From Lepidodermella squamata (Eukaryota; Animalia; Gastrotricha): a DNA stretch of 64,000 nt. This document shows positions 24,432 to 36,620 of the stretch, piece by piece. The DNA lies in NCBI GenBank assembly GCA_047495785.1, contig JBLDXI010000029.1, positions 186,001-250,000 on the forward strand, written 5' to 3'. Under the pieces are notes generated by a model. The model made no database searches and was not told the DNA's origin. It saw nothing but the letters and a program-made list of their open reading frames with translations. Both the position numbers and the translations under genes were made by a program. Every line of letters starts with the position of its first letter. Position 1 is the first letter of the stretch.

Positions 24432-25874
24432 TCAAGCCACTGCGCGTTGCTCCGCCCTTTTTTTGGCCCTCGCGACACTTGATTGCTTCAGGCTACCAAG
24501 AATAATCGCTCCAGCTTTCGAATGGACTACCGTATTGTGAGATTTCAGACCCCGAGGCGTCAGTTTTCGAACGTGGCATATTTGACATACGTAATTGCAC
24601 AGTTCTTTATGTTCACGTTCAATATGCCTCATGCGAGCTTTGTAGCTGTCGCTAACTTTGCCACAAGTTAAACACTCGAAAAATCGACAATGGCGATCTC
24701 TCTTCTTGCAGTAATTGTAACCGTGCACATAGAATTCCTCAACAGTGAGCATTTTCCTACCACAGTCCTTACACTGGAAATTAAGTTGGTTAGGATGGTT
24801 TTCTCGGTAGTGTATCCTCAAATTGTCCAATCGAGCGTAGACAGCCTCGCATTCGTTGCAGCGGTGATTTGCTACTACCGCATTCCCTTTCAACCGCCTT
24901 AATCGGCTCACAATGCTTTCAGACTTCCCTGAATGCATCTGTTTGTGCCGCAGTAGCGACACGTGATCGGATTTCGCACGCTGGCATATGTCACACACGA
25001 ACTTGCACAGGTCACGATGATGGTAATCGAAATGCTTCATGAGAGCAGCCCGGCTCACGCTGAGGAAACCGCACGCCGAACATGCAAACGGCCCATTCTT
25101 TCGTTGCAGCCGTGTTCCGGCGCACTTCAGCTGCTCATGCGCGTATAAATCATCTGCCGTCAAGTATTTCATCTTACAAAAGCGGCATTCAAACTTTAGC
25201 GCTTTGATGTGCTTCAGGCGGTAGTGATGGACCATGACGTCTTTTCGGCCGAAACTTCCGTTACATTCAGAGCACGAGAAGAGGCCGAGTTTCTTCTTGC
25301 TTGGCCGGCAATCGTGAGCTCGAAGCGTGGCGTTCACCCGATAGTAATATCCGCAATCCGGGCAAACTTTGTCGCATCTGTCGCCTTCAGTCGACTCGGG
25401 ATGCCACTTCCGTACATGGCTCACTAGATCATTGCTATGGCGGTAAGACCTTAGACACAAAGTGCACTTGAATTTCGATAAAAATCCTCGTCTCCATTTA
25501 CAAACTGCTTCATGCATATTTTTCGATGTCGGGTTATTGTGAACCTTTGCGCAGAACTGACACGGGAATTCCTCAGATGATGAATGCAATTTGCCGACGT
25601 GATTTGAAAACGCGGCTCCTGTTTCGAACGAAATGTTGCACGTAGAGCAGTAGTGCTTCGTGATCATGGGCGACGGCTTGTGCGGTCTCGCGGTGTGCAT
25701 GTGCAGACCAAGCAACGTGTAGAACCGGCGAGGGCACATGGTACATGCGTAGTTGCAGTGATCCTCATGTTTACGCTGCAAGTGCTTCCCAAGGCTTTTC
25801 TTGTAGTTCGCCGAGCATAAGTGGCACTGATAGCGACCTGTCGGAGTCCGACAGAATCGGGATTTGCGTGTCAT
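24432..25874 (-). CDS. Intronless multi-zinc-finger protein, paralog 1 (14 fingers: 10 C2H2 + 4 C2HC)
   Basis: Likely ATG at 25874 (MTRKSRFC). Repeated CxxC-x12-H..H/C units with the same finger order as the genes at 34937 and 45923. Confidence 0.9.
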   Translation of the reverse strand: MTRKSRFCRTPTGRYQCHLCSANYKKSLGKHLQRKHEDHCNYACTMCPRRFYTLLGLHMHTARPHKPSPMITKHYCSTCNISFETGAAFSNHVGKLHSSSEEFPCQFCAKVHNNPTSKNMHEAVCKWRRGFLSKFKCTLCLRSYRHSNDLVSHVRKWHPESTEGDRCDKVCPDCGYYYRVNATLRAHDCRPSKKKLGLFSCSECNGSFGRKDVMVHHYRLKHIKALKFECRFCKMKYLTADDLYAHEQLKCAGTRLQRKNGPFACSACGFLSVSRAALMKHFDYHHRDLCKFVCDICQRAKSDHVSLLRHKQMHSGKSESIVSRLRRLKGNAVVANHRCNECEAVYARLDNLRIHYRENHPNQLNFQCKDCGRKMLTVEEFYVHGYNYCKKRDRHCRFFECLTCGKVSDSYKARMRHIEREHKELCNYVCQICHVRKLTPRGLKSHNTVVHSKAGAIILGSLKQSSVARAKKRAEQRAVA

Positions 25875-26276
25875 GGTTAACTGCGGTACAACACAATCAA
25901 TTACTGCAAAAATACTTGCTTCTAAAAATGAAATATTACAGCATTTTCGAACCAAGGAAAAAATCAGCGAGGATTCCGTTTTACAGCTATCGGCCAAGAT
26001 GAGCTTGCATCTTGAGGAGTGGCCACAGCAGGCGTGCGCGCCTAGTTAGCACACCGGTGATGCCAGCGCATTCCATCGTGAATCCGTGAGTCTAAACCTA
26101 ACTAACGGATGCGCTGGAAAAACTTTTTATGCGCCGTACCCCTTCTTCCGGTTAACTCAGGAGGGCAGGATTTTTGATAGATCAGACTGCGGATTCAACG
26201 TTACATCAGCTTTTATTGTAACAACAGCTTTCATTACAAACGCTCCGAATAAATTTGAGAAAAATTCAGGCCAGCT

Positions 26277-28768
26277 TTACAAAACAGCCATGTAAGGTAG
26301 ACTCTCAGCGTACAGACAAATAACGAGAGACATAGCGAATCCGACCAGCAGGCCGAGATTGATGACCAGCATTCGGGCCAGATTGATGAAATGCTTGCCA
26401 TCGGTCAATAGCTTTAGATGACAGCGACTAGGCGGTGCACTCGATGGAGCGATCAGAGGCGCAGAGGTGATTTTCGAACTAGAACTAGTGTTAGAATCAC
26501 TTAATACGGCCTGGTGACCCCGCGGTTTTCTCAGCGTCCCAACTACGGCGCGAAGAAGCTGAGGCATCGCAGTGCTTAGGGTAACGTGTAAGAAGAAGGC
26601 TAGCGTAACAGCGTAAGCCCACGGCGTGATTAGTTTAAAGTAGAAGGTTCCGCATATGAAAGCACCAGCGACGAAACCGATGAACAGGAAACAGCTCGCG
26701 ATCATGCTGCAGCCGACAGCTTGGCCGATTGTCATCGCGCCGACGAAGCGCAGAAGGGCGACACCGCCGATTTTTCGAGGCAGTTCCTCGGTGAAAATGA
26801 CAAAGGAAACTGCGATTCCGTTGATGAGGCCCGAATTTGATAGAGCGGCACCGATGCGAAATCCATCAACTTGAGAAAACAGGAAAAAAGGTATTGGCAG
26901 CTAATCAAGCTAATCAAAATCTCGAGAAGCCCCTTTTTTCCTATCCTGAAGCAATAGTGACTAGCTATAGAAAATTTCCGAGAATTTCAAAATGATTTAC
27001 CCATCTTTAGAGTATTCAGGATTCGCTCAATTTTAATCTTCCTGAGTCTATTTTCGCGTAAAAAATGGCGAATGGTTTCAACTTCTCGAGTCCAGGAAAA
27101 ATGCATGTCAAATTATCTGTAGTGAAACTATATTTTGGGACATGAAGTTAACTCCCTAATTTATATTATCAATATATATGATTTAAAGTTGACTTACTGA
27201 AGGTGATGACGCATTCAGCAAAAATCAGCAGGAAAGCCGAAGCCGAGTTGACAAAAACCAGCTCGTGGCTAACCCACTGCTTGGGTACGTACTTCAAGTG
27301 TCGGCCGTCATCGGCATAATCAATCCGCGACACCGCATTGACGAGACAGCCGTTCTCGGCGTTCTCATCACTCACTTCCGTAGTGGTCGATGGCTGGTCG
27401 GCAGGCATTATGTTGACAGTTGTCGATAAAGGACCAACATTTTTATTAACACTACCACCGGTATAGACAGGCCTCGCTTGCTTTACCTTCCGGTCAAAAC
27501 ACCAAACAAGCCAGCTGCTTTTCGTAACAGGCCTCTCGGCGCCAGGCTTTGACTGGTGGTGGAAAACTTCGAGGTTGAAACTCAGAAATAACGCGACAAA
27601 AACCGTCGCTATCATTCGAGCGTAACCGAGTCGATCTGTTGCTGACATTTCGAATTTCGACGCTTTAGGCAAGTAGACTAGAATCGCCATGGACAGCAAG
27701 TGGCTGGTAGTCTGTGCGACGAAGAGCAGGAAAACATTGGCGAACCACGACCGTTTTTGAAACGGCTGAAATGCGAAACCGAGGATTGGCAACATCGCAG
27801 TTGCTGCTACGCTGATCAGACCGTAGATCCAGGCAGCGAGCAGGGCCTCATCGTCGTCGTACGGAAGAGTCGCCGGTGGATTTGCGCTCAACATGTTGAA
27901 CCTAAAAACATATAGATCATGAGCTTAATTGTTGAAAGAATAGCTTTCATTTGAATATCTCTGAATTGCATGCGCTTGATATCTTTACCCGAAATCAGTT
28001 CAAGTTGACTCTGACAAAGAAGGAAGAAGAAATGAGACGGGAATTCATCAACGTGGCACGCTACAAGACAGCCTTTGTTTCTTTGAAAACTGATGGCACG
28101 TGAAGCTGGTTTTTGCTTGACTAGCTCCTAGCTACGATCTCTTAAAACAGACTTGCCTGTTGTCAATGACGCGAGTCACTTGGCTATTCCTGAGATTTGG
28201 CGCTTCTTAGAATCTAGAATGCCTCATAATGAAAAGTTGATATGGCGAATCGTTGATCGGACAAGCGATAAGCAATATTCGTGGCCTTGTGCCTTCGGGC
28301 GAAATGTGTACACTGTAATGTGCTAACAGAGGACTACGATCAGGAAAGAAAAAAGACTGAAAATTGAAGCCTAAAAGGTCTCAGCTGGGATAATAAAAGA
28401 GATACTCAAGGAATGAGCTTGCGTTCCTCTAGCTTAGCCCTATTCTTTTCAAAAGCTTCCTTTTTTATCAAACCAAACCAGAAAACAAAAAAATGAAACC
28501 TGCTGTCTCAAATTGTGGGGCGCTCAACATCCTGCAATGCGCTTCATGGCTAAATTTCAATCTCAGTGCATGCACAACAAGTTTCGGTTAAGTAAAGTAA
28601 TTGTGCATACCTTTGAATAATCAGCGAACTTGAATTAGGCGGCGGATTCGTAGCGTTCATCGCCATTATCTGCGAAGCGTTGCTGACGAGCGTTGGAACG
28701 AGCATCGGCGTTTCGCATGTGCTGTTCAGCTCGAGAACCAGCATCGATGAGTCGTCGGGTGAGGCCAT
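26277..28768 (-). CDS. SLC39/ZIP (LIV-1 subfamily)-like transporter with degenerate metal-site motifs (~484 aa)
   Basis: Exons 28768-28611, 27901-27198, 26869-26277, phase-consistent. About 8 hydrophobic segments; AWIYGLISV at TM1; AECVITFIDGFRIGAAL..VIFTEELPRKIGGVALL aligns to LIV-1 GDGLHNFxDGLAIGA..CHELPHELGDFAVL. Confidence 0.8.
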
Positions 28769-30100
28769 TAGCCTCTTTAGTAAGTAAACACTATTAGATT
28801 GGCAAAAGTGGTGTATAATATAAGCTACAAACCAGCTGCGGTATCAAAGCGATGAAAAATCACGGCTAATTTTGCTCGCGTGTTTTTTCTTGGCTCTCGC
28901 GCCGCAAAAGGCACGCCTGAATGAGGCTCTTGAAAAATATAGATACCACCAATATGTTTTTATTATTATTGCTTTATAACTAGTGCTCGCGTCGCTCATT
29001 TGTAGCGCCCAACGATTGAGGGAGAAGACACACCCGAGCGCCTTTTTAATACTCGGGCTTATTGTTATTGTTTACTCTCGTGCATCAATATACGCGTATA
29101 TCATACAAGCGCGCCTTTTTTGCCAGGTGCGTGGATAAATAATAAATAAAAACGGGCGAGGCTGCGAGTGATACCATACACTGCCACTTTACGCAGTCGA
29201 CATTCTGTTAGCTCGACGACCCGTGTAGCCATTTGTAATTATTTTAATAGTAAATTTAGCGGCTTGTATGTTGGTGTATAACTAGAACAAATCGCTTATG
29301 GGCTATCAGAAACTACAACCTACAAATGGGACATTTGGCTCTGTCTAATAGGAAAACCAGAAATTTAACTTATTCCTGGAATGCTAAACCTGGAGTTTAA
29401 TAGCAAACCAGGATTTAAGAATGCTAAATTTCATCCCAGATGTAAGACATTTCAACGGCCCCAAGTGAGAGCTGGACAGAGGCCTCTGTTTTGTACGAAT
29501 ATCAATTTTCGCACCGACTGTAGGCGAAGGAGGGGCATCGCTAATGATATTGCCTCGCACATAGTGAGATTATATGGGATATAAGATGATAACATTAGTT
29601 TTTACATAATATTACGAAAGCTGTATTCTGTGAGCGAAAATTGGTGTTCGATTTTTTCGCATATGGCGCGTATGCCCAGTGCACGCAATAAACCCAAGGG
29701 AGCGTCAAAAATTAGATGACACTGATCCGGATTAGCCGCTGCCGCTGTTTCGCGCCGTCAGGTGAGCCTCTTCACACAGTGAATGGGGCTACCTTATTAG
29801 ATTGCGGTTGCAAGCCTTGTTAGCTGAAGCGTGAAATCAAGTGAAAAAACAGGCCAGTGCGACTTGAAGAAGATTAGCGAGTACCGGCGGTTTTTTCTTC
29901 GAGTGGCTTCTTTGTTAATTGCTTTTTTTACACCGGTGCTTTATTGTTTTGTTTTCGCTGCGATGCATCGGTCACTACACAATCGATTGACGGAGGCAAC
30001 CTGCTGCGCTTAATGAGTTATCGAGCCTACTGTACTCCATTAAGTGCTGTCGTCTTTCATTTTTTATTCGCTTGCATAAATGACAAAGAAAATCCGAATT

Positions 30101-30986
30101 TTAGGAAGTGACTGCAAGTAAATATTTCAGGAGGAAGAAGCTCAAGAACAGTTTAGATATTACAGATGTTCTATCCGTTAAATTTGAGTTGCCGCTATTA
30201 ATACCGGAACATTCTGAAAATTCAGTGACTCGTGTAAAAAAAAAACGCAAGGCTAAGATTGTTGCTCACCGTAAGATGGCGAAGCCCATTCTTTTGACAT
30301 GGCACTCAACTTCGAGCAGACCCGTTGTTCGATTTTTGACTCGATTTCGGCGTACTCGCGATCTGAACGCGTATCCGGGTCGGGGAAGAACAGCAAAACG
30401 CGCCATGATTTGCAGGAAGGCGAAGACGTGTTGTAGCCATCCCAGCTGGGTGAATACTTGTCATCACACAGGATCATAGCCATGAAAGACTCTTTTGCCT
30501 CGTCCAACAGCCACAGACTGTTATCTATAACAAGATTGAGTTAATTTGAATATTGTTCCACTTCGGTTAAGTATTCTTGCGAATATAAGCGAAGTCCAAC
30601 TTACTGAAAACGCGCCCGCTTGACGTGATAGTCATCATATTGAGATTTCTAGCAGATGGACCTAACGCATTGTCGTAAAGCAGCGATCCATTCGAATACA
30701 CGCATTTCGTTTTAGGCTTTCCGCCGGCTTTCATGTTGGCATATACTCCAGGTTGATCTTGCACCGTGAACTGACGGTAGTAGCTAGTCCACGTGTCATT
30801 TTCCACGCCTACTGTCCACTGAAAATGTTCGTGCCACACATTTGAGGTCAGTTTCTGCTGCGAGTAATCTTTTGATACCAAGAAATCATTAGGATCAATC
30901 TGGGTTCGATCACATTTCTCAGCCAGTGCTACACTTGTAAGAAGTAAATTGATTAGGACAGACAAAGTCAACAATTTGAAAGACAT
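30101..30986 (-). CDS. Secreted, probably GPI-anchored lipocalin-like protein, paralog B (249 aa)
   Basis: Exons 30986-30605, 30524-30270, 30213-30101. Shares CDRT.I.PNDF.VS, WHEH..W, NDTWTSYYR.FT, AGGKPKTKCVYS and WLLDE..ESF.AM.LCD with paralog A; signal peptide and hydrophobic C-tail. Confidence 0.75.
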
Positions 30987-31211
30987 TATAAATGTGCAGA
31001 ATCCGCTAAATACAATAGAAGACTTGATACGGCAGAATCAAGGCCTTACTATCATAACTGATAACTGATAATTATTATCAAATAATAATGATGATAGTGA
31101 TGGTAATTATCATAATTATCAACTATCTTCACAAGTGATTAAAGTAGGACTGACAAATGCATTTCGCCTGCAAAAGAAAACTATTCATAGGAATGAGGCG
31201 CACATTGACTG

Positions 31212-31540
31212 CACTGTAAAAAAAATCCCGGTTTTTAGCGGCTTTTAAGAACCCTCGTATACAGTCGAAATTAAGCTAATAAGGCCCGTCCCAGCATTCT
31301 AATTAATCCAGAAAAATAATTCGCTCGAGGTTAATTAGACTGTTAAATTATTCAGGGTTTAAAAAGCTCCTAGGTTATTTTTTTAATCAAAATGCATCAG
31401 CATCAAACAACGGTTCATAAATCGCAAAGGTTAAAAATCCCACTTCTCAAAATCTGCTTATTAATTCACTCATTTGCCGGATTTTTTAGATCGAGCCGGT
31501 CTAAAAAGACGGTCTAAGAAGCCAGCATTTTTTTACAGTG
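31212..31540. mobile_element. 329-bp non-autonomous CACTA/EnSpm (CMC)-type element
   Basis: Termini CACTGTAAAAAAA...TTTTTTTACAGTG with a 2-bp TG duplication on both sides. Confidence 0.75.
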
Positions 31541-31950
31541 TGGCAACAAGCCAACGCTGATCTTTTTATCGCTTTTTGATCCGAGAAATTCGAAAAATTC
31601 CGCCATCAAGTTTAGATAATGTTATTGTAGATTGTAGATTGTTGAACGAGAGAAATTGTTTCGATAGAGAAAAGATGCCTCCTAATCATTTCATGAAGCT
31701 TCAACAAGAACATAAACCCATTTTACAGGTGTCGTATTTTCAGCCGATTTATTGAAATCTGATAGTCTCATTAAATATTCTGTCAGATTGCCAAGCTATT
31801 GATTAGCTCCGCATTTCGATCGAAGTGCGTCATAATTGCGGTGGGGGAAATTAATAAAACATCGAGTATAGTATACCGCAAACGTCGGCTGTTTTGAAGG
31901 GTTGTAAGTGCTGAAAGTTGCATCGCATTTTACATCTCTAGCTGGTGAAG

Positions 31951-34580
31951 ATGGCATCGAATTCTCCAGCTGCTGAATCTCGACATGAAGAAACCCTAAA
32001 GAGCGTAAGTTGGATTTGATTGTGGTAAAAGTATTGTGTGAAGAAAGTTTTAAAAGCTCAGCTATATTTCATGAGCCCTTGACAGCTCATCCAACTATGT
32101 GATAACCTGCGTTTTCTTCCCAGACGTTGACCTGCCTTGTTTGTCTCAGCTATTTCAAAATACCTAAGCAACTGCCAGCCTGTGCCCATATGCTATGCCT
32201 CGCTTGTCTAGAACAGATGCCTGTTAAAGAGATAACACAAGTAGAGATACCTGTTCTGAGTCATTTCCCACCGCTGGAAACCAGCCGACGAACAGCTATC
32301 GAATGCCCAATTTGCCGCAAGCCAAGTTACATCGACAGCTCAGGAGTTGCTGGTAAGATTGAAGAAACCTGCTATAATAGCATTTAAGGTCCAAGCTCAA
32401 TTTCAGGATTTCCGACCAGTACATTCGCTCAACAAATTGTTGAGTTGACTCTGGGAACGAAACCTGTACAACAAGAGCATGATCCGGAAAGTTTCCATTG
32501 TACCCATTCAGTGTTGCTTACAGAACGAGAAATTTGCAAACATTGTGGGGAGAAGTATTGTAAATCTTGCAAGTTCATCCACATGGAATACATGAAACAA
32601 AAAGTGAATGCCCTGTTTCAAGCTAGGGTAAGGTCTTCCATGGAAAGTAATATCATCTATTATATTCCTTTCTCACTGCAGATAACCGCCGTAGGTACTT
32701 CAGAAGAAAATGACGGCAAAGCCAATCAAAGCACGCTGAGAAAAGCTGAGCTGATATTGAGATTGCCCATGACATCGACACGCTTGTGAATATGGCGCTG
32801 GATGAAATAGCGGTGTCCTTTAGGGAAAAAGCTGACGCCTTGAAGCAGCGAGCCAAGACGATTTCGCAGCAGAAACTTTTCAAATTCAAAACTTTGATTG
32901 CTGGCGCAGATAGTGACACCTCTGCCTCTGAAGCGATCGTAGCGGAATTTCTACAAAAATCTGTTCTCAGCTGTGAACTGAATGATGTGGCCGAGAAATT
33001 GGAAATCATGGGGAAGCTCAGCTCAAATGTGAACCAAGTGTCGCTAACCTCGCTAACCTCGGAAGTTTCTCCAAGTTGTGAATCGGCTTTGCGGTTGCGG
33101 CTAAAAGTCGAACCCAACTTGACAGCAAACTTGATGAAGAGCATACATCTGGTGAATTTCGGCCAGTTAATTGATGATTCAGATGAGCAAGTATGCGAAG
33201 TTTCGGCGACAACCAGTCAAACGATCAAAGATTCAACCAGTGTAACAATGGCAGACTATATGAGTGAAATCTTTGCGCCGTTACTTCGAACGGTTGCGAT
33301 AATGCCAGGCATCAAAATGCCGAATGCGAGAATACCAAAAACAGCAAACCAATCGACCAGATCGCCTAAGAAAACATCGCACACAATCAGCATTGATCAA
33401 ATTTACATTCCTTGCACAATGGCAAGCATTTCAAGAAATCACATCGTAACCAAAGACGATTCCGGCGGTAATCTTTGGGTTGGTTATTTGTGGTTGAGTA
33501 TTGAGCCCTATTAATATATCTTCAGCATCGTGGAATAACTCTGATTTCGGCTTGTTTACGCCCCTTTCACGGTCCCGTGACCGTGAAAGGTGATTAATAG
33601 TGACAAGTAAAAAAGTGGATTTTTAGCTTGGATGAAGAGGCAAAAACAACACATTTTTTACTTTTCACCTATCACCTTCAAATGGATGCAAACAAGCCTA
33701 AATCCGAGTTATTCAACGACGCTAACGATATCTTGCTGTTGACATCACTTACAGACATTGGATGTTCAAAAGCGAGAACTTATCCAGGTTGACGACGTGG
33801 ACTTTCAATTATCGGATGTTATAGTTTCGTGCGGGGAGTGGCATATCCTTGCTTTGGAGGCTAATGGTCGACGAATTATTTCCATCAAATTCAATTCCAG
33901 AGGCCTCCAAGCATCTGCAAGAGTAGCCATAAAATGTAGAAGGGATCCATTCGAGGGATTGGCGGTCATTAAAGAACGCGATCAGATTTTAACTTGCTCT
34001 GGTGATAGACTCATGGTCTTCGAGCTCAGCACTTATAAGTTCAGTCATTACGTCGAAATAGAGGAAAATGCCGCATTGGAAATCGCTCATGTCGAGTGGG
34101 GTGCAATTTACTCTGTGGAAGATGATCGTAAACGCGAATTCTTCGTGACTAATTTTTGCTATCCAATTGGTCTTAGCACGAGTCAGGTGCACTTCGTAGC
34201 AGGCTCGGTTGGATCGCTATCAACTGAATTCAGCATGGACACAGATTATGAAGGCAGAATTTATGTCCTATTCAATAGACCAGCATCAAACTCGAAGGTG
34301 AAGTCATGCAGGAAATTTCACCATCAACATGTGCCTGATTTTCCTCATTTAGGCTTCGATTCTCATTTATCCAGGCCCATCGCCATACCAACATAACAAG
34401 CTTGTAGCGATCAAGTCACTGTCTAACACGGACTATCCCTTCTGCAGCCCGCAAAGCTTTGCCGTAATGGGCTATACATCAGATCATCGTCGTCTGAAAA
34501 TAGCTGTCGGCGATGAAGAAGAAGACTCGAAAGACTCTGTTCTCAACCTGATTTTCATCGATAACTGTGACTTGGAATAG
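31951..34580 (+). CDS. TRIM-NHL-like protein (RING, degenerate B-box, coiled coil, NHL-like propeller) with a frame anomaly near 32750
   Basis: Exons 31951-32004, 32124-32352, 32407-32627, ~32682/32762-33478, 33755-34297, 34353-34580. C3HC4 RING CLVC..PACAHMLCLAC..CPICRK followed by GVAGFPT; CKHCGEKYCKSC..H; NHL-like DDSGGNLWTLD and MDTDYEGRIYV. Confidence 0.78.
33517..33730. mobile_element. Intronic foldback/MITE; related copy at 49298-49464
   Basis: Left agcatcgtggaataactctgatttcggcttgttt pairs with right aaacaagcctaaatccgagttattcaacgacgct. The terminus gagttattcaac.acgctaacgat recurs at 49441-49464. Confidence 0.7.
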
Positions 34581-34936
34581 ATTATTTTCTCACCTTGAAT
34601 GTCGATTAAAATAATTTGTTGTGATCACTCTTCACGCCATTGATCGGTGCGGTTGTGAGTGCTGGAATATCAAGCACTTTCCGCACTACATATTAATTTA
34701 GGGCTAAGGGCTAAGCAGAGGATATGCTGTGGCGAATGTCTAACCTGCAATTCATTCAGATCGAGTTTTGATTTAGAATTTAGAATTTAGTCGACTTTAT
34801 TTACAGGGGATATGGCACTAATACAAAAGAACACATTCTCTTTATAGATATAGAAAATGAAAAATGAAATGAAAAGCTTTCTTATTTTTGGTATATTCTC
34901 GTGATTAATAGGAAGTTAATTAGTGACAGGGCTAAA

Positions 34937-36433
34937 ATGAAGAAAGTGGAGCGTCGTGTCGCTGCATCTGCAAGCAGTCGCCGGAGAAAGTCCGAAGGAG
35001 CAGGCAAGAAAGTATGGCGATGTCGGTACTGCAAACGGCCGTATCTCAGCGCTCAGAGCCTGTTCTGTCACATCCAGCAATGGCATCCTGACAAGTGTCA
35101 ATATCCTTGCAACGGTTGCAAACGGAAATTTTTCTCGAAAACAGCCTTGAAAAGGCACGCCTTCATAGTTCACAGTACAGCGGAAGTAAACAAATCTTTC
35201 CACTGCGTCCCATGCGATCTTCTCCTGGAGTCGGAACAAGACTTCAGCCAGCACGCAGGGGAGAAACATTCCGCTAATTCAGATGTCACCTGCTCGTTTT
35301 GCCTAGCCGAGCTCAAATCGCCTCTTGGGAAAAATTGCCACGAGGCAGGCTGTGCGTTCCGAAGAAAACCATCGAAGTTGCAGTGCCCACACTGCCCAGG
35401 CTCGTATCGCCATTACGGCAGCCTTCATTATCACATCCGACTCTCACACCCGCAATCCGGCGATGGCGAGAAGTGCGACAAAGTTTGTACCACATGTGGG
35501 GTCTATTTTCGAGTGGAAGCCTCATTCAAGGCTCACAAATGCCTGCCTAAAGCCACTACGCCTCATTTCTGCTCGGAATGTGAGACATATTTCGGCCGAA
35601 GGGACGTCATGGTTCAGCACTATCGAAGAAAGCACCGCGATGCAATGAAGTTCAAGTGCAAAGCTTGCAACCTGAAATTTCTCTCTTTTGAAGATTTGTG
35701 TTCTCATGAGCAGCAGTCGTGCCGTAAACTTCTGCCCGACCGTATTAAGGGACCGTTTCCATGCTCAGCGTGCGACTTTGTTTGCATCAGCCGGCAAAGT
35801 CGATCCAAGCACTATGAAAATCGACACGGAGACCTTTGCACATTTGTCTGTAAAATATGTAACAAGGCGAAGCCTTCGGAGAAATCTTTGAATCAGCATG
35901 TCATTATGCATAAGCGAGCTGATAGACTCAAGCTGCCTCAATTGCTTCGGGCGAAACGTGCGCTGGAATCTCCTCATTCTGTAGCGTCCTACTCTTGCAG
36001 CGAATGTGAGGCGGAATTCTTCCGAAAAGAAGGACTGCTGAAGCACTACCGGCAGCTGCATCTGGACGCCCTCAAATTCGAATGTGCAGACTGCAGAATG
36101 CGATTTCTAGCGTCTGAAGATTTGCTCGTGCATGATCAGAAGCATTGCAAGGAGAAGGATCGCGTCAACGGGCCTTTTCCGTGCGCAGCCTGTGAATTCG
36201 TCGCCGTGAGCCTGGCCAGCCGCCTGAAACATTTCGAGAAGAAGCACAACGAATTATGCGAGTACGTCTGCGAAATTTGCAATCGGCGGAAGCAGACGCC
36301 TCGGGCTTTGAACTCCCACAAAACGGTTTCTCACTCTGTCAAGAAGGATATCATCCTTTCGAGCTTGAAGCGTGGTCACGCTTTGAAACGAGCGTCAATA
36401 CTGGTTAAACCTGCCGATGACGATTGTTCCTAA
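34937..36433 (+). CDS. Intronless multi-zinc-finger protein, paralog 2 (14 fingers)
   Basis: ATG at 34937 (MKKVERR). Colinear with paralog 1, e.g. CSEC..FGR.DVMV.HYR.KH..A.KF.C and GPF.CSAC.F. Confidence 0.9.
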   Translation: MKKVERRVAASASSRRRKSEGAGKKVWRCRYCKRPYLSAQSLFCHIQQWHPDKCQYPCNGCKRKFFSKTALKRHAFIVHSTAEVNKSFHCVPCDLLLESEQDFSQHAGEKHSANSDVTCSFCLAELKSPLGKNCHEAGCAFRRKPSKLQCPHCPGSYRHYGSLHYHIRLSHPQSGDGEKCDKVCTTCGVYFRVEASFKAHKCLPKATTPHFCSECETYFGRRDVMVQHYRRKHRDAMKFKCKACNLKFLSFEDLCSHEQQSCRKLLPDRIKGPFPCSACDFVCISRQSRSKHYENRHGDLCTFVCKICNKAKPSEKSLNQHVIMHKRADRLKLPQLLRAKRALESPHSVASYSCSECEAEFFRKEGLLKHYRQLHLDALKFECADCRMRFLASEDLLVHDQKHCKEKDRVNGPFPCAACEFVAVSLASRLKHFEKKHNELCEYVCEICNRRKQTPRALNSHKTVSHSVKKDIILSSLKRGHALKRASILVKPADDDCS

Positions 36434-36620
36434 ATGTTTCTTACCGTTCGTTGTATGAGCTGATTTTCAATGATAATTCTTGCAGTTTTTCAAAATAAAT
36501 TGGGATCAACTACTTTACTGATTTGTTGAAAAAAGCTGTAAAAATGGCGATTATTCCGATGCGGCAAGCATACTCCTTATTACTGGTATGACAAAGATTG
36601 CTCTGAATTTCAACTGCACA

